In this document: positions 1 through 30,213 of the stretch, piece after piece
How positions within the stretch are numbered: the stretch's first letter is position 1
How the letters are laid out: the number at the start of each line of letters is the position of its first letter
DNA from: Amoebidium appalachense
Taxonomy: Eukaryota > Protista > Ichthyosporea
Assembly (NCBI GenBank): GCA_963693365.1
Contig: CAVNZM010000005.1
Coordinates: 8,846,334 to 8,910,333 of the forward strand
Direction of reading: 5' to 3'
DNA: 64,000 nt
Translations under genes and position numbers: made by a program
The notes under the pieces: model-generated
Seen by the model: the letters and a program-made list of their open reading frames with translations, nothing else
Databases searched by the model: none
Told to the model about the DNA's origin: nothing

Positions 1-8507
<8,507 letters not shown>

Positions 8508-10294
8508 CCGGAAAAGACCTGCAAATTTTAAGTCGGCATGCAAGATCTCAGACTTTTTTTTCCTGCCATCGATATCTCCCGATGTTTTCCAGCGAGAGAG
8601 TAGAAGAGTCGAGACCGGTGCACTTTTTGTAGCGGAATAGGAGCCCTTCGAGAGGAAGGGAGTTTTGTGCGCCGTTTGCATGTGTGGGTGTGGGTGTGTG
8701 GGTGTGCTGTTGGTGTGTGTGTTTTGCCTCTCAGGGGTTATGTGAGTTCTTGTGTGTCGGTGTAGACATGTGCGGGTGTGTGACTCTGTGTGTTCGCTCG
8801 CATGATATGTCTGCCAAGCATGTACAAACGTACGATGTTGATATGCATGTATGGTATATGAATGATATTAATCCACAGTTCTTTTTTTCAACATACCTCT
8901 TATGGCGGTTGTATGAATGGACGTTTTCCTGCATTTTCTTTTTTTGTATTTTTTTTTTTTTTGGGAAAAAGCACTGTTTGGATGTATGGGAGGCTTCGAT
9001 TTCCCCGATTCAAATAAAACTAACCTTTGGGGCGTGAAAGGAAAAAAGAAAGAGATTTCGATTGCAGAAAACCATGCATGTAGTAATTTATCGATGTGTC
9101 TCCTCCAAAAGCTATAGCATGCAAGTGCACAGACACTCGCAGCTGAATATGTTTCACGAGCAAATACAGTCATGAGAATTTTAACCCATCACGAGTGATG
9201 GGCTGCATACTTTGCAAAAAGCAACGGAGGGGTGAAGCTGTGCATCTCTCGTGCAATTTAATTACTCAAAACCAGATTTGCTTCTGTTCCTTTTCCCTTT
9301 TTTTTTTAATGAATATTATTGGGGGGGGTAGACAACGAGTACATGTGAGTTTTCAGACTAGTGTGTGTACATGCCCCCACACATGCACATGTGCGTACGC
9401 CTGCGATGGCTTCTTTTTACAGAAGCCATTTGCTACAAATAGAGCACATGTACAACACCACCACCATGTTTATTCTGGAATGGCGACTAGAAACGCAATC
9501 GCTCGAGCTCGTTTTTCCTCACTTTCGCATGTGTCCAGATCATGTGATTACTTACAGCTAGTACCAGCTAGCTCGTTAGAACTTCAACTCTCGGGGGTGT
9601 AGGTGGAGGTAGCTACCTTGATAAAACCCCGAATAATAAACATATAAATTAGGAACCAAACAAACACATGAATCAGTAAACTTAGACCGATACGTTGCAT
9701 TAGGCATCTACATCGACATGTACTCGCCCTGGATATTGATTAGCATGAGCAAGTCTTGCTATGTAAGCAATAGCTATATCCAATGCCGGCAAGGATTTTA
9801 TAAGCCTTTTTTTTTTGACCGTTCCCTCGTTTTAGATTAACCTGCCGGTGTCCGACACAGCTGTATAGACATATACCAGAAACCAGTTAGAACAGTAAGT
9901 ACATCGTGTTTCGGGTGTAAGGCACGAGATCAACAAACAAACAAATTGTATTGCATATCATCTGCAAGTTTTTCTGAGACTCCATCTCCCCCCCCCCCCC
10001 CCCCCCCCCCCCCCCATCCCCGCACCGGGGCCCCCCTTACAAACATCGAAACCGTCAGACCACACACGTGCATGCACACACCCACACCTACACCCACAAA
10101 GAAACACAAAAACACACACAGATATACGTGATGACTTATCCACAGAACGCACGCGCACACAGACCCCCCCCCCACCTCCCCCCCGCCCCACCCTCCCCCT
10201 CTTCGCCAGAGCTTTACAACACGTACACATAGACTAACCCTTCAATTGTGAGAAACCACCTTCCATTTTAGGCATTTATCTCTATTTTTGGTGT

Positions 10295-17191
<6,897 letters not shown>

Positions 17192-17467
17192 TTTAACACT
17201 CTTAAGGAAAGGCCAGAGCTAAATTGCTTTCTGGTGTATGAGCCGAAAATACTATGAAAATACTCGAAAGTATACAGTTAGAACAGTAGTATGCTCTAGT
17301 CGCCGAGGCTGTACAGGGTTTGGGGTAAGAGTTGCGATGTGTCGACGAATTCGCGAAGTTCGAAGATTTCGTTTTTCCCAGCGAGCCGCTGAGCATATAT
17401 GTAGGGGGGGTTTATGCACTTTGTATATACTGCTGCGGACATCAGCCTCACTTGACAGCTTGACGGC

Positions 17468-17929
17468 CTACTGCGTTTTCCGGCGCAGCCAATCAAATGC
17501 AGCTAGTGACTTCTGCAATAAAACAACCCTAGGTGTGGAAAGGCCAGTAAGAAACGTACAGGTTGTGTAGTGGAAGTCATCTAGTGATTGGAGAACATTT
17601 GCAACGGTATCAGGGGGTGCCATAGCTAATAAAGGCAACCCGTACTCAGACAAAGGGCGAATAAAGGTGCGAAATATACTAAGACGGTTGTGTAAGTGTA
17701 CAGTAGTAGAAAGATTAGCAAGATACACATCCCTAAATAAACGAAGACACCTGCCTGCACTCTCCACCCGACGGTCGACTATCCGTTTGAAACATACTAT
17801 GCCCCACTCATCCACCGGAACCCCCAAATACTTACAAAAAAATATATTCGATTGGGCGAGGGAGGGGACTGCCGAATATACAAACGTCGTCCCATGCCGG
17901 TTCGATGTTGATAAAAGGAAGCACATTTG
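17468..17929 (-). mobile_element. Degenerate non-LTR retrotransposon RT fragment (older relative of the element at 40808-42390)
   Basis: Peptide KYLGVPVD...RRVE...RLSIFRTFIRPLSEYGLPLLA is homologous to YKYLGVPVD...KRVE...RLTFIRTFVFPACEYGLPLLA in ORF 41170-42384. Confidence 0.7.
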
Positions 17930-18128
17930 GGGGTTTACGCTGTTTACTCGAGGCAAAGAGAGACCAGTCTCAGGTATGGGGGGTTTTTGCTCGGAATATC
18001 CCCTCAGCGGTATATCATGATCACGTACATAGATGTCGGGTGATGACTATATATCAGGGTTTACTTTCTCTACGAGTCTCTACGAGACACCATAAAGACT
18101 AAGAAAAATCAATTAGTTGGGGTTCCCC

Positions 18129-18216
<88 letters not shown>

Positions 18217-18244
18217 CTCCCCTGGGACACTCGGTATCAGCTGG

Positions 18245-18333
<89 letters not shown>

Positions 18334-18535
18334 CGCTAGAATTTTGTAGTGATGTGTTTCTCAAGCCAATCAATACATCTAATAAACAGGTCGTAGTTAC
18401 GCGTGTTTAGTATAAAATCAAGGATGTTGTAATTTACAGGTAGGCTATCTTTCTGGGTGTCTGTTGTGAATGTGACGTGTGTGTGTTGTGGAATTATGTG
18501 GTCTATCAAACTACATTTGGCGATACATGACCGTT
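17930..18535 (-). mobile_element. 5'-truncated copy of non-LTR retroelement (ORF end, (CA)n, internal poly(A), 200 bp tail module)
   Basis: Near-identical to 40808-41367. Inserted next to the older RT fragment. Confidence 0.85.
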
Positions 18536-18659
18536 TAGGTATTCACAGACACTAAGAAGGGCGGCAAGGGGTAGGTATGCAGAATGGGGGCCAGGGGGGG
18601 GGGGGGGGGAGGGGGGGGGAGGGGGGAGGAATAAAATCCGTAAAGAATTTACAAAAGTT

Positions 18660-18747
18660 GGAGCTATGGCCAGTAATATATGGAGGGAGTAAAAAGACTG
18701 AAAGGAGCTATGGCCAGTAATATATGGAGGGAGTAAAAAGACTGAAA
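18660..18747. repeat. 44 bp perfect tandem duplication
   Basis: GGAGCTATGGCCAGTAATATATGGAGGGAGTAAAAAGACTGAAA x2. Confidence 0.8.
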
Positions 18748-19207
18748 AGAAGATGTGGGGGAGGGGCATCATTATTATCCCCCCCACCCCCCACCCCCCC
18801 CACCCCCCTTCCGGGCTCTCTATCAATCACAATCACGGCCACCATCACATACAAGTGCACACACTTTTTATTACATGAATAATGTCGGCGACATTTTTCT
18901 TGATATGTTAATAGGTGTGCGCATTCTTCCGAGTGGGAACAAGGGGAGGGAGTAATGCCTGCAGCAAAATCCTAGTAGATATGATAGCTATTAATTATCT
19001 TGTTTCTATCGTTTTGATAAACTCTTCCTATAATACACCGTCCCTTATTTGGTCCACAATAGTATTTTGCTACACTAACCTTACAGGCTGTGCCCGTTAT
19101 GCCGACAAGGAAACACTTTGTGAGTGACACCTCGCGAGGTGCATTACCCCCTGGCAACCCTATCAGAGGAAATGCATGGTAAAACGTAAACGAGAGAGAG
19201 GGGAAGG

Positions 19208-19238
<31 letters not shown>

Positions 19239-19484
19239 AGGGTGGGATTCCGGAATCCTCCAGAATCCGAGTTCATGCAAACGGTCGGTGCAGTTATAAA
19301 CCTAAATTGCTTGTAGATTTGCTAGTCGAGTATGTAAGTTGTGCCGTTTGCAGAACCCATATGTAATAAATGGCGTAATCGAAAGAAAATGGATACGGTG
19401 TGTGTGTGTATGTGTGTGTGTGTGTGTCACAGTGTGTGTGTGTGTGTGTGTGCCACGGTGTACAACACATACATACACACACAC

Positions 19485-19515
<31 letters not shown>

Positions 19516-19574
19516 GGCACACCGTCACACACACACAGGCACACAAACACACAAACACACGCGCGCGCACACGC

Positions 19575-19611
<37 letters not shown>

Positions 19612-19684
19612 ACGCTGTCTGTGTGTGTGCGTGTGTGTGCCGTATGTTTTGTGTGTGTGTGTGTGTGCTTTGTGTGTGTGTGAC

Positions 19685-19763
<79 letters not shown>

Positions 19764-19845
19764 CGCTGTCTGTGTGTGTGCGTGTGTGTGCCGTATGTTT
19801 TGTGTGTGTGTGTGTGTGCTTTGTGTGTGTGTGACGGTGTGTGTG

Positions 19846-19901
<56 letters not shown>

Positions 19902-20347
19902 TGCGCGCGTGTGTGTGTGTGCATGTGCGTGTGCGTGTGTGTGTGTGTTCTTAATCTTCTCTCTCTCTCTCTTTTTTTTTTAAGCTTGGGGGGAGGGGGG
20001 GGGGGGGGTTGACGAGGGGGCTTCAAGATAAAAGTACTACCCTTTGGGTGCTATGTTTAACAGAGAGAGAAGGTGTGTCTTTGTGTGTGTGTGTGGGGGG
20101 GGGGGGGGGGGGGGGGGGGATGGGGAAAGAGCCTCAGAAAAAGCCAGAGGACTAGAGAGCTGGGATGGGCAGTCTTCGCTGGGCTTGCTTCGAAAGCCCC
20201 TTCTTTTAAAAAATATATTTCTTCGAGAAAGGCTCTTAAAAGAAAAAACTAGCTTGTGCACCTGGGAGGCCAGCTCCCAGGTCTCACCCCTTTTTTCAAT
20301 AGCTTCTACCAATTACAGCGCCGCCATAGGCGACATTAAAAATTCTG

Positions 20348-20429
20348 TAAAAGTGCACTCGGAAAAATCAAGTCACTACTCAGTGATGTAAAAGTGCACT
20401 CGGAAAAATCAAGTCGCTACTCAGTGATG
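20348..20429. repeat. 41 bp tandem duplication in the FBA 3' UTR
   Basis: TAAAAGTGCACTCGGAAAAATCAAGTC(A/G)CTACTCAGTGATG x2, 11 bp past the FBA stop. Confidence 0.8.
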
Positions 20430-20440
20430 CGGCAAACTAT

Positions 20441-21520
20441 CTAGTTGCGGTTGACGCAGTTGAGGTCCTTGAATGCCTCGTTCAGGCGAGCAATCATGCC
20501 CGTCTCAGCAGCGCGCACCCACACCCTTGGGTCGTAGTACTTCTTGTTTGGTGCATCCTCGCCCTTGGGGTTGCCAATCTGGCCCTGCAGATAGGCCTCG
20601 TTCTTCTTGTAGAACTCAAGCAGCCCGGACCAGTAGCCCCACTGCGTGTCCGTGTCGATGTTGAACTTGACCACACCGTGCCTGAGCGCCTCCTCAATCT
20701 CGTGCTTGGCCGAACCGCTGCCGCCGTGGAAGACAAAGAAACATGGGTTGTCCTCCTTTGTGCTGTACTTCTCTTTGATGTATTTTTGGCAGTCGCCGAG
20801 GATGGACGGCTTGAGCTGCACGTTGCCCGGCTTGTACACTCCGTGCACGTTACCGAACGCCGCGGCGATGCAGAAGCGCGGGGAGACGGGCATGAGGGTG
20901 GAGTAGACGAGGTCGATGTCCTCGGGCTGTGTGTAGAGTTTGCTCTTGTCGACGTGGCTGTTGTCCACGCCGTCCTCCTCGCCGCCCGTGATGCCGATCT
21001 CCATCTCCAGCGTCATGTCCATCTTGCTGATGCGCTCTAGCAGCTCCTTGGCCTTGGCCACGTTTTCCGCGTGCGGCTCCTCGCTCATGTCGAGCATGTG
21101 CGAGGAAAAGAGGGGCTTGCCGGTCTTCTTGAAGTGCTCCTCCCCCGCGGCAATGACCCCCTCGACCCACGGCAGCAGTTTCTTAGCGCAGTGGTCCGTG
21201 TGCAGGATCACGGGCACCCCGTAGTGCTCGGCCATGGCGTGCACGTGGTGCGCACCGGCAATGGCGCCCAGGATGGAGGCCTGCTGGTTCTTGTTGTCGA
21301 TGCCCTTGCCGGCCATGTAGGCGGCGCCGCCGTTGGAGAACTGGATGATGATGGGCGAGTTGTTGCTGCGGGCGGCCTCGAGGGCGGCGTTGATGGTGGA
21401 GGAGGAGGTGCAGTTGACGGCCGGGATGGCAAAGTGGTGCTCCTTGGCGTACTGGTACACCTTGGTCACGTCCTCGCCGGTGAGCACGCCGGGCTTGACA
21501 AAGGACAGAACTCCAGACAT
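20441..21520 (-). CDS. FBA1: Fructose-bisphosphate aldolase class II (type A), intronless
   Basis: 359 aa ORF with LHTDH, SSHMLD, EMEIGITGGEEDG, FGNVHG, FHGGSG, KFNIDTD, NKKYYDPRVW. Strong C/G-ending codon bias. Confidence 0.97.
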   Translation of the reverse strand: MSGVLSFVKPGVLTGEDVTKVYQYAKEHHFAIPAVNCTSSSTINAALEAARSNNSPIIIQFSNGGAAYMAGKGIDNKNQQASILGAIAGAHHVHAMAEHYGVPVILHTDHCAKKLLPWVEGVIAAGEEHFKKTGKPLFSSHMLDMSEEPHAENVAKAKELLERISKMDMTLEMEIGITGGEEDGVDNSHVDKSKLYTQPEDIDLVYSTLMPVSPRFCIAAAFGNVHGVYKPGNVQLKPSILGDCQKYIKEKYSTKEDNPCFFVFHGGSGSAKHEIEEALRHGVVKFNIDTDTQWGYWSGLLEFYKKNEAYLQGQIGNPKGEDAPNKKYYDPRVWVRAAETGMIARLNEAFKDLNCVNRN

Positions 21521-21639
21521 GTTTGCGTTTTAGTTGGTGCAGCTACGCTGTAGAAGCGAATGTTGTTTTTGTTGGATTGAAAAGTTTGTGGTGAGAAATG
21601 TGAATAGGAGCTGTTTACATACCTGGCTTACCTCAATCA

Positions 21640-21745
21640 GAACGACGTTGATTGGTGCAGGTTTCGACTTCCATCTGATTGGCCGCTCACATATGTAATT
21701 TTCATTGGTTGAAGGTCGAATGAGATATAATGATTGGCTGTGTGT
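21640..21745 (-). promoter_or_regulatory. Cluster of four CCAAT boxes upstream of FBA
   Basis: ATTGG on + at 21651, 21678, 21704, 21733 (CCAAT on the FBA strand), about 26-29 bp apart. Confidence 0.5.
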
Positions 21746-22048
21746 AACATAGCCTGGTTTGGTAAAAATATTATCCAGATCTGGTAGGGGTACAGAATGT
21801 ACAAATGTTGAAAGAATAAATTCCCTCTGCATTGTATATTATTATTGATAAAAAAAAAGGCTGAATATATTTCTGCCTGTAGCCTACCTGCGAGAGAAGG
21901 TAGTATGTGTGCGGTTTTGTCATTTAGCGCCATTCAATGTGTGCAATTGTGCATGTTGGCTACGCCATTTGCTGCATGCCATTGAGCCTGTTTTGGAAAG
22001 GGAGAAATATCCAAATATGGTAACTTTCATCCCCCGAGGCTAAGGCTC

Positions 22049-23891
22049 CAGGGTTCGAAGGACGGTGGAGCCCATTAACGGAAGTCGAAATCCCGTATCG
22101 GAAAACTTCTTCGAAAATCGGAATGCTCCGTCGGAGCAGGCCCACCAAAAATCGTAATCGTCGCGCATCAGTAAACTAGGGCATGCTTATTTGTGCCTAT
22201 ATTGCATCAAAATGTAATTATAATGCATATTCAAAAACCCCTGTGGTTATTAGAGGCCTTCCTGGTGTTGGCAGTTGAAGCTTTGAAGGAATAAAAGGGA
22301 AATATGATGAAGTGCTAAGTTAATATTAATGTACAATATATATAAACATTTTGTCTAGCTACGTACATACGTACGGTCACGTCCTCTTACACATATGTGC
22401 GGCAGTGCCAGTGTATATGAGGATATATACTATGTGTGCATATGTATCTAGTTCCTGTGTGTGTCACTGTGTCCGTGGCCTTATTTTTTCCCAGTGCACG
22501 CATTTTCTTTTAATTGACGCTCGAAGAACATGTACTTTGGTCGCAATACCACGTAGGGAACGGAGGGGGGTGCCAACCTTATGACGTTTTGCAAGGCTAC
22601 CATTTGCCAAAACAAAGTAGTTCACAAAGAACACCCGATGCACATACCTCCCATGCAAACGATGCAGGATGTTTACTCGGTTGTCTCGGATCACATGTAC
22701 AAATACGTGCAAGCACTCAACGATAACTTGCAAAACCGATTCCCCTCGGACGAGTGCACTGAGGCTATGGACGTGTTTGTTCCATTGAAGTTCCCCATTA
22801 CCAAAATCAGTCTCGAAGCATACGGAAACGACAAGATTAGAGTGCTCGCTGAGTTCTATGGGTCTGTTGAAACAGTGGGCAGAACGAATTATATACCCCC
22901 ACTTGCCGCCGAAGATGTGATAGATCAGTGGCCACGTGCCAAACAAATTGTCTTTGAGCACCGGCATCTCCTTGAGGTTAAAGTAGAAAATGTAACGGTT
23001 GGATATAGGTCTCTGAACGAGGCATGGGCCGATCTCTGTAAGATAGAAACTTTGCAATCATATTGTGCTGCTGTACTTGAGTTGGTTAACATTGTGGGAA
23101 TAATTGGCAATTGGTAATGCAACAAGTGAACGTGCCACTGGCTTCTCTGGTGTAAATATCATTAAGACTTCTCTCAAAGCACGTATGACAACACAGACAG
23201 ACTAGTCACCTGTGAGTGCACAATCAGCTCATGATAGCCATGAATGGGCCGGATATAGAGGCAGATGTGAAGCACGTGAAAGCTGAGCTTAAGTTTCAGA
23301 AAGAAATGGCTAAGAAATTAGTTAAAGAGGGCAAACTAGACAGGTTGACTGTAGAAGGGGCCAAGGAGCAGCTGGAAAAGGCCCAGGTGGCCGAGGCAGC
23401 AGCCCAAAAGAAGGCTCTGGCAGATTTCCAGGCTTTTTGACTGGAGCAGGGTGCACAACGTGTATATTGCACCTTTCAAATAAATTGGATCTCTGACAAC
23501 ACACCAGCACCTAGTAACCGTCAAGTAGTGTCCCTTGGTTTTATTTAAAAATTCTGGGGGAGGGGAGGGGAGGGAGGGGAGGGGGGGGGGGGGGGGGGGG
23601 GGGGGAGGGGGGGAGTGAGTTGAGGCAGCAACATGGGAAGCTCAGGCAGAAATCGAATGTTTGGGGGGGGAAAGGGGGGGGGGGGGGGGGGGGGGGGAGA
23701 ATATCACGTTGGGTGGTTGTGTTTATGTTTGTGCGTGAGTATTTTTCTTTGCAATTTTGTGTGTGTGTGTGTGGTGGGTATGTATGCACGGTGTGTGTGT
23801 CTGTGTGTATGTGTACAGGTGTGGGTGTGCGTATATGTGTCAGCGGTAATCGGTTTGTGTGTGTCTATGTTGTGTGCATGTGTGTACATGT

Positions 23892-23926
<35 letters not shown>

Positions 23927-24219
23927 GTGTGTGTGTGTGTGTGCATGACATTGTGTGCATGTGTGTGTGTGTTTTGTGTCAACGGTTATGGTGTGTGTGT
24001 ATGTATGTACAGTGTGTACAGTGTATGTATGTGTGTGTGTGTGCAGTGTGGTGTGTATGCAGGGTGTGTGTGTCTGTGTATGTGTGTGTACATGCCAGTG
24101 TGGGTGTGTGTGTTTGTACCAACGGTTTCTTGTGTGTGTGTGTGTGTGTTTGCGTGTGTGTGTGTGTGTGCCACGGGGTGTGTGTGCGTGCGCCGCGTAC
24201 ATGGTGGTGTGTGCAGCGT

Positions 24220-24288
<69 letters not shown>

Positions 24289-25244
24289 CATAGCATGTGA
24301 TTGTACAGGGTGGATGCATGTGCACGTTTGTGATACAGTTATCATGATCTTAGATAGTATGTGCCTGTGCACGTGTACTAGCCTAGGTCACATGTGTGGT
24401 GTCACGGCTGTGTATGTATGTGCATGTGTGTCTTTGAACGGAACACAGTGGTGCACAGTGTGTGTATTGCCTGCCATTTAAGACGCGTGCCACTGATCGT
24501 GATACACGTGGCACCTGCACCTGGTGGCCGTCGACTCTGAGCATCTAGATCCATTCCATGTTTAGGCCTTCCTGGGGGGGAAGGGGGGGGGGGGGGGGGA
24601 GGTACTAGTGGGGGGGGGGGGGGGGATCCGCCTGAGAGGGGGGAGGGGGGGGGGGGAGGGATGAGGCCGGAGCGGCGGTGGGGGGAGAAGGAGGGGCAGC
24701 ACTGGTGGAGGGAACGGTGGGCAGCGGAGGAGGGGGGAATGGGGTTCGATTTCTGGGGGGGGGGGGAGTTTTGAAGTGGACACGGCCTATATATACATGC
24801 GCAGGCATATGCATTGTATGTTCATGTGGCCATGCATGGCTATGATGCATATGTGGTGTCACGGCTGTGTGTGTGTGAATGTGTGTGTGTGTGTCTGTGT
24901 GTGTGTGTGTGTGCGCGCACGCGACGCTGTGGGTGTGTGCATAAATGTGTTTGGTGTGACAACATGTACATGTGCTAGGCTGGCGCTGTAGTCAGGGTCT
25001 GCCATTGAACATTCTACAGGGACAGGGAGACACGTACGTACGTGTGCAGCTTGTGTGGGTGGTGTATGCCCCGTGTATGATGAGGCCTGCGAAGTAATGA
25101 GAAGCTTCCCCCCGGGGGCCAGGGGGGGGGGGGGGGGGGGGGGGGGGGGGTCTTGGAACGGTTCCGATTCGGCCGGGACGATTTTCGGAACTGTGTTTTC
25201 AAATATCGGAAATTCCGATTTGTTTTTCGTAACTTCGAACCCTG
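22049..25244 (+). mobile_element. Defective hAT DNA transposon (~3.2 kb)
   Basis: 12 bp perfect TIR CAGGGTTCGAAG (22049-22060) / CTTCGAACCCTG (25233-25244). Subterminal TCGGAA/TTCCGA repeats at both ends, plus an internal transposase remnant. No exact 8 bp TSD visible. Confidence 0.7.
22581..23440 (+). pseudogene. hAT transposase C-terminal/dimerisation-domain remnant (ZNF862-like), frameshifted
   Basis: YVQALNDNLQNRFP...YGNDKIRVLAEFYG, then after frameshifts NATSER..GFSGVNIIKTSLKARM and HNQLMIAMNGP, resembling the hAT C-terminal ERxFS..IKTxxRxxL...LMxIxxNGP signature. Confidence 0.65.
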
Positions 25245-25556
25245 TCTTAAAGGCTCACGTTCACGAGAGTAAGGTGCACACACGCATCCGCTGCAGCTAA
25301 TTAAAATCAAAAAGGAAAAGGGTTAGAAAATATGTACCTATTAGTCCAGGTAATAGTAGTGCTTAACAGTCATCATCCCCTAAATACCGCCGTCCTTCGG
25401 TTTTTGCACAGTGTTACACACAGCGTCGGGGACACTGAATGCTGGCCCGCTGGGGCTTCTTCGACAGGAATTCACGCTTTCGAAAAACCATAAACAATTC
25501 GCTCTAAATCACAGATTGCTAAATCCTCCTTTCGCTGATTGTTCCAGAACGATTTG

Positions 25557-26703
<1,147 letters not shown>

Positions 26704-27717
26704 ATTTGAATGAGGTGATTTATGTTTATGTATTTACTTAACAGACAGTACGCGACTCTATAGGTGGAAAACGTAGAGAAATGACTCAACACTGTCTGGC
26801 ACAGTGTCTGGGTGGTTTGAATAAATAATAAGTTTCGTTTCATTTTCAAAAATTGCAATTGTTCGTGGAGCTCTGATCTGAGTTGCCATGCAAACAATAA
26901 AGAAGCGGCATAATAATTATGCTGCTGAAGCCTGGCGAGTTTATTATGCTGGCCACGGTGTGGTTAGGCCCTCCGGCCACCAGCCACATATGTGCACTTT
27001 AGGATTGGTGATGGTGTGTTAGCTTAACTGATTGCAAGCTTTTAGCACAAAAACTAGGTTATAGTTGGTGCTGTGTGGAAGACGGTAGTTCATATGAGGG
27101 CCCCGGGCGGGGGGGCGGATCCGGAAACAAAACGGGATAAAACAAACAAACAAACAAAAAAAGCATATGTGCACTTGTGCACCTGCAGATAGCGGTCCAC
27201 ACAGGCACGCCCACATTAACGAGTATCCTGCAAAGCAGGGTGGTGGTAGTGCTGGTGGTGGTAGTCACTGGTTTGATGGGAGGGAGGAGGTGGGAGAGAG
27301 GGGGGGGGGGGGGACAGGGGGGCTGGGGGGAGGGGGAGGGGCGGGAAGGGGAGAGGAAGGGATGTTATCGTCTGAAGGAGAGCTCCCGCCTGGGGGACTA
27401 TCGGAACCATGTTTGTTAGCCTCAAACTTTTTTTTTTTTTTTTTTTTTTTGCATTGTTTGGCCATTCTCTGAGTTGGAAGTTTTGGGTGAGTTGACGTTT
27501 AGCTTTGTGCCCTTTCTTGGACTTGCATTGAATTTGTTCTTCTACTCCCCCCCTCCCCCCCCCCCCCCTCCCCCTCCCGCCCCCAAAGGGCCCAACCACA
27601 TCGGCAGAGTCGACTTGCAAAAAGCAGAATTATTCCGCGCGTGTGTGTGTGTGTGTGTGTGCGTGCGTGTGTGTGTGCGTGTGTGCGTGTGTGTGTGTGT
27701 GTGTGTATTTGTGTGTG

Positions 27718-27759
<42 letters not shown>

Positions 27760-28086
27760 GGGGGTGGGTGGGTGGGTGGGTGGGTGGGTGGGTGGGTGCT
27801 GGGTACCGGTGCATGAGTGGGTGGGTTTTCTGGTGTGTGGGTGCATGTGTGTGTGTTCACATCTATTTTCGAACGTGTTTTAGAGCTGTATGTGTACTTG
27901 TGTGTGTTCGTGTGTGCGCGCATGGAGGAGGGGATGGGGAGTTTGGAGGGGGGGAGGGGGGGAGGATGTGTTACACACACAGTACACAATCATTCATTAC
28001 GGACAAAGCAACCCAAAAGTTGCAGATCACATACAGAGAGTTGCGTTTGGGTTTGGGGTTGGGTGTTGGGTGTTGTGTGTGTGCGT

Positions 28087-28144
<58 letters not shown>

Positions 28145-28608
28145 GAGGGGAGGGAGGGAGGGAGGGGAGGCGGGGGCGAATGATGAGAGGAATAAAGCAA
28201 TATAGAATAATTATTAAGCAAAGACTGAAACTTAAGGTAACCTTAAGTTAAAAGTGGGCATCAAACGAGATTTGGAAGAGAAATTGTGCTCAAACGCAAC
28301 CAAGGCCATGCACATATGGCAGGGCAGATGCACAGAGGAGCAGAAAGAGCTTAGAGCTAAGAAATACTCTGATGCAATTCAATAGTAATTACTTCAATAT
28401 GAGATCATTACAGCCTGACTGTACCTGTACGGTTTTTTTTTTTTGTATGTGTGTGTGTGTGCGTGTGTGTGTGCGCGCGCACGCGCACACGCGCGCACGC
28501 GCACACGCGCGCGCACCGCGTGTGTGATACACATACTTCAGCACGTATAATAATGTGTGTGTGTGTGTGTGTGTGTGTGGCAGGGACGGGGGGAAAGAGG
28601 GGAGGGGG

Positions 28609-28643
<35 letters not shown>

Positions 28644-28690
28644 TGGACATGTACGCATAATTAGCATCATTAGCACGACTGCTCACTCAC

Positions 28691-29412
28691 CTTGCCGAAG
28701 TGCGCGTACACACGTCAAATGGGGTTTTGGGGTGGCAGATGGGTAGCGAGAACGAAAATGAAAACACGTGGCCCTTTCGGGATATTATCTTTTCCCGTAA
28801 ATATTGATCGATTTCCCGGTTTGTCTTGATCGGGAAGCTTGCACCACACAGGTTCACTGCCACACCGTAATCCATCCCAGATTCTTCGGCTCTTTTCAAG
28901 GATTTTAGCAACATATCCACCAGGGTTATTCCCGCCCATTCGACGTTCATTCGTTTAACCATAACGATGTTTGGTTTTTTGCTGACTTGTAATGTAAAAT
29001 TCGCGTATTCCGCATCAACTATTTTCTTGTCCAAGTGCACAGCAAATATGTGCTTTGGGTGATAGAGCAACTCGATGAGCTCCAAAACACCCAAAACCGT
29101 ATTCGTGTCGTGTGCAGAGAGCAAATATGCTATTCTTACTGTCGGCTCCCAGTCCGAACTTTCTTGGGTTTTCCATGTCACCGGGTCCTCTGCGCTAACA
29201 TTAAGGCCTCCTAGGTTGCTATATAGGAGGCTTTGGCTCATGTTCAAAATGTTTTGTTGGGAATCTGGACTTAATAACCGCAGCCGATCAAAGAGGAAAA
29301 ACGCAGTGCACATGAATATTGCTAGAGTTAGAAGGCGAACAGGCACGCCAGCGCATGCAGTGAATACGCCGAGCTGGCGGGTCCTTTTTTTCGATTGCTG
29401 TGCACGCTCCAT
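28691..29412 (-). CDS. Glycosyltransferase family 14 (core-2/I-branching/xylosyltransferase-like), N-terminal exon
   Basis: Type II membrane anchor (LLTLAIFMCTAFFLF), then RIAYLLSAH, LYHPKHIFAVHLDKK, VEWAGITLV, VNLCGASFPIKTNREI. Ends at AG|GTGAGT donor (phase 2) at 28691/28690. Confidence 0.8.
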
Positions 29413-29624
29413 ATTTATGCTGCGACAGCATGCAGAAGTATAATAATCGAGCTTGATGTACTCCCTGCGGAAAAATCAGGGATGTGAGAATTTTTAATTT
29501 AAAAATTTCCGCCCTATTAGATACTATAATATAATATATTAGTAATTTATGCAACAACCGTGGCAGGTAAGGTGTGCAAGCAGCGGCACGGGTTCGCTGT
29601 GTGCACCTGGGCGCGCGCGCGCGC

Positions 29625-29715
<91 letters not shown>

Positions 29716-29762
29716 TGTGGAACCGTGTGTTTGTGCTTCAAAGTTTGTGCGTATGTGGGGAG

Positions 29763-29793
<31 letters not shown>

Positions 29794-29806
29794 ATGCATG
29801 CATGTG

Positions 29807-29838
<32 letters not shown>

Positions 29839-30090
29839 TGTGCACATGTGTGTGTGCATTACGTATGGATGCACGCACGCACGCACGCGCGTGGCTGTGT
29901 GGAAGAACTTGCAAATTGAACACAAGTAATCAATCTGTAACGTATGGAAAATTGATGATGGATGAGTGCAACCATTATCGGCCCTGATACAGTCGTGAAT
30001 ACACATGTACAACATGGTCAAACACAGACAAGCCGTGACTCACAAACACACGCACATGCACGTGACATGCATGCACATACACGCGCATAT

Positions 30091-30136
<46 letters not shown>

Positions 30137-30139
30137 ACC

Positions 30140-30213
<74 letters not shown>

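Noticed and set aside
22041-25256. 8 bp TSD for the hAT element
   Set aside because: Left TAAGGCTC and right TCTTAAAG do not match directly; a similar TAAAGGCTC is offset by 3 bp, so no TSD is claimed.
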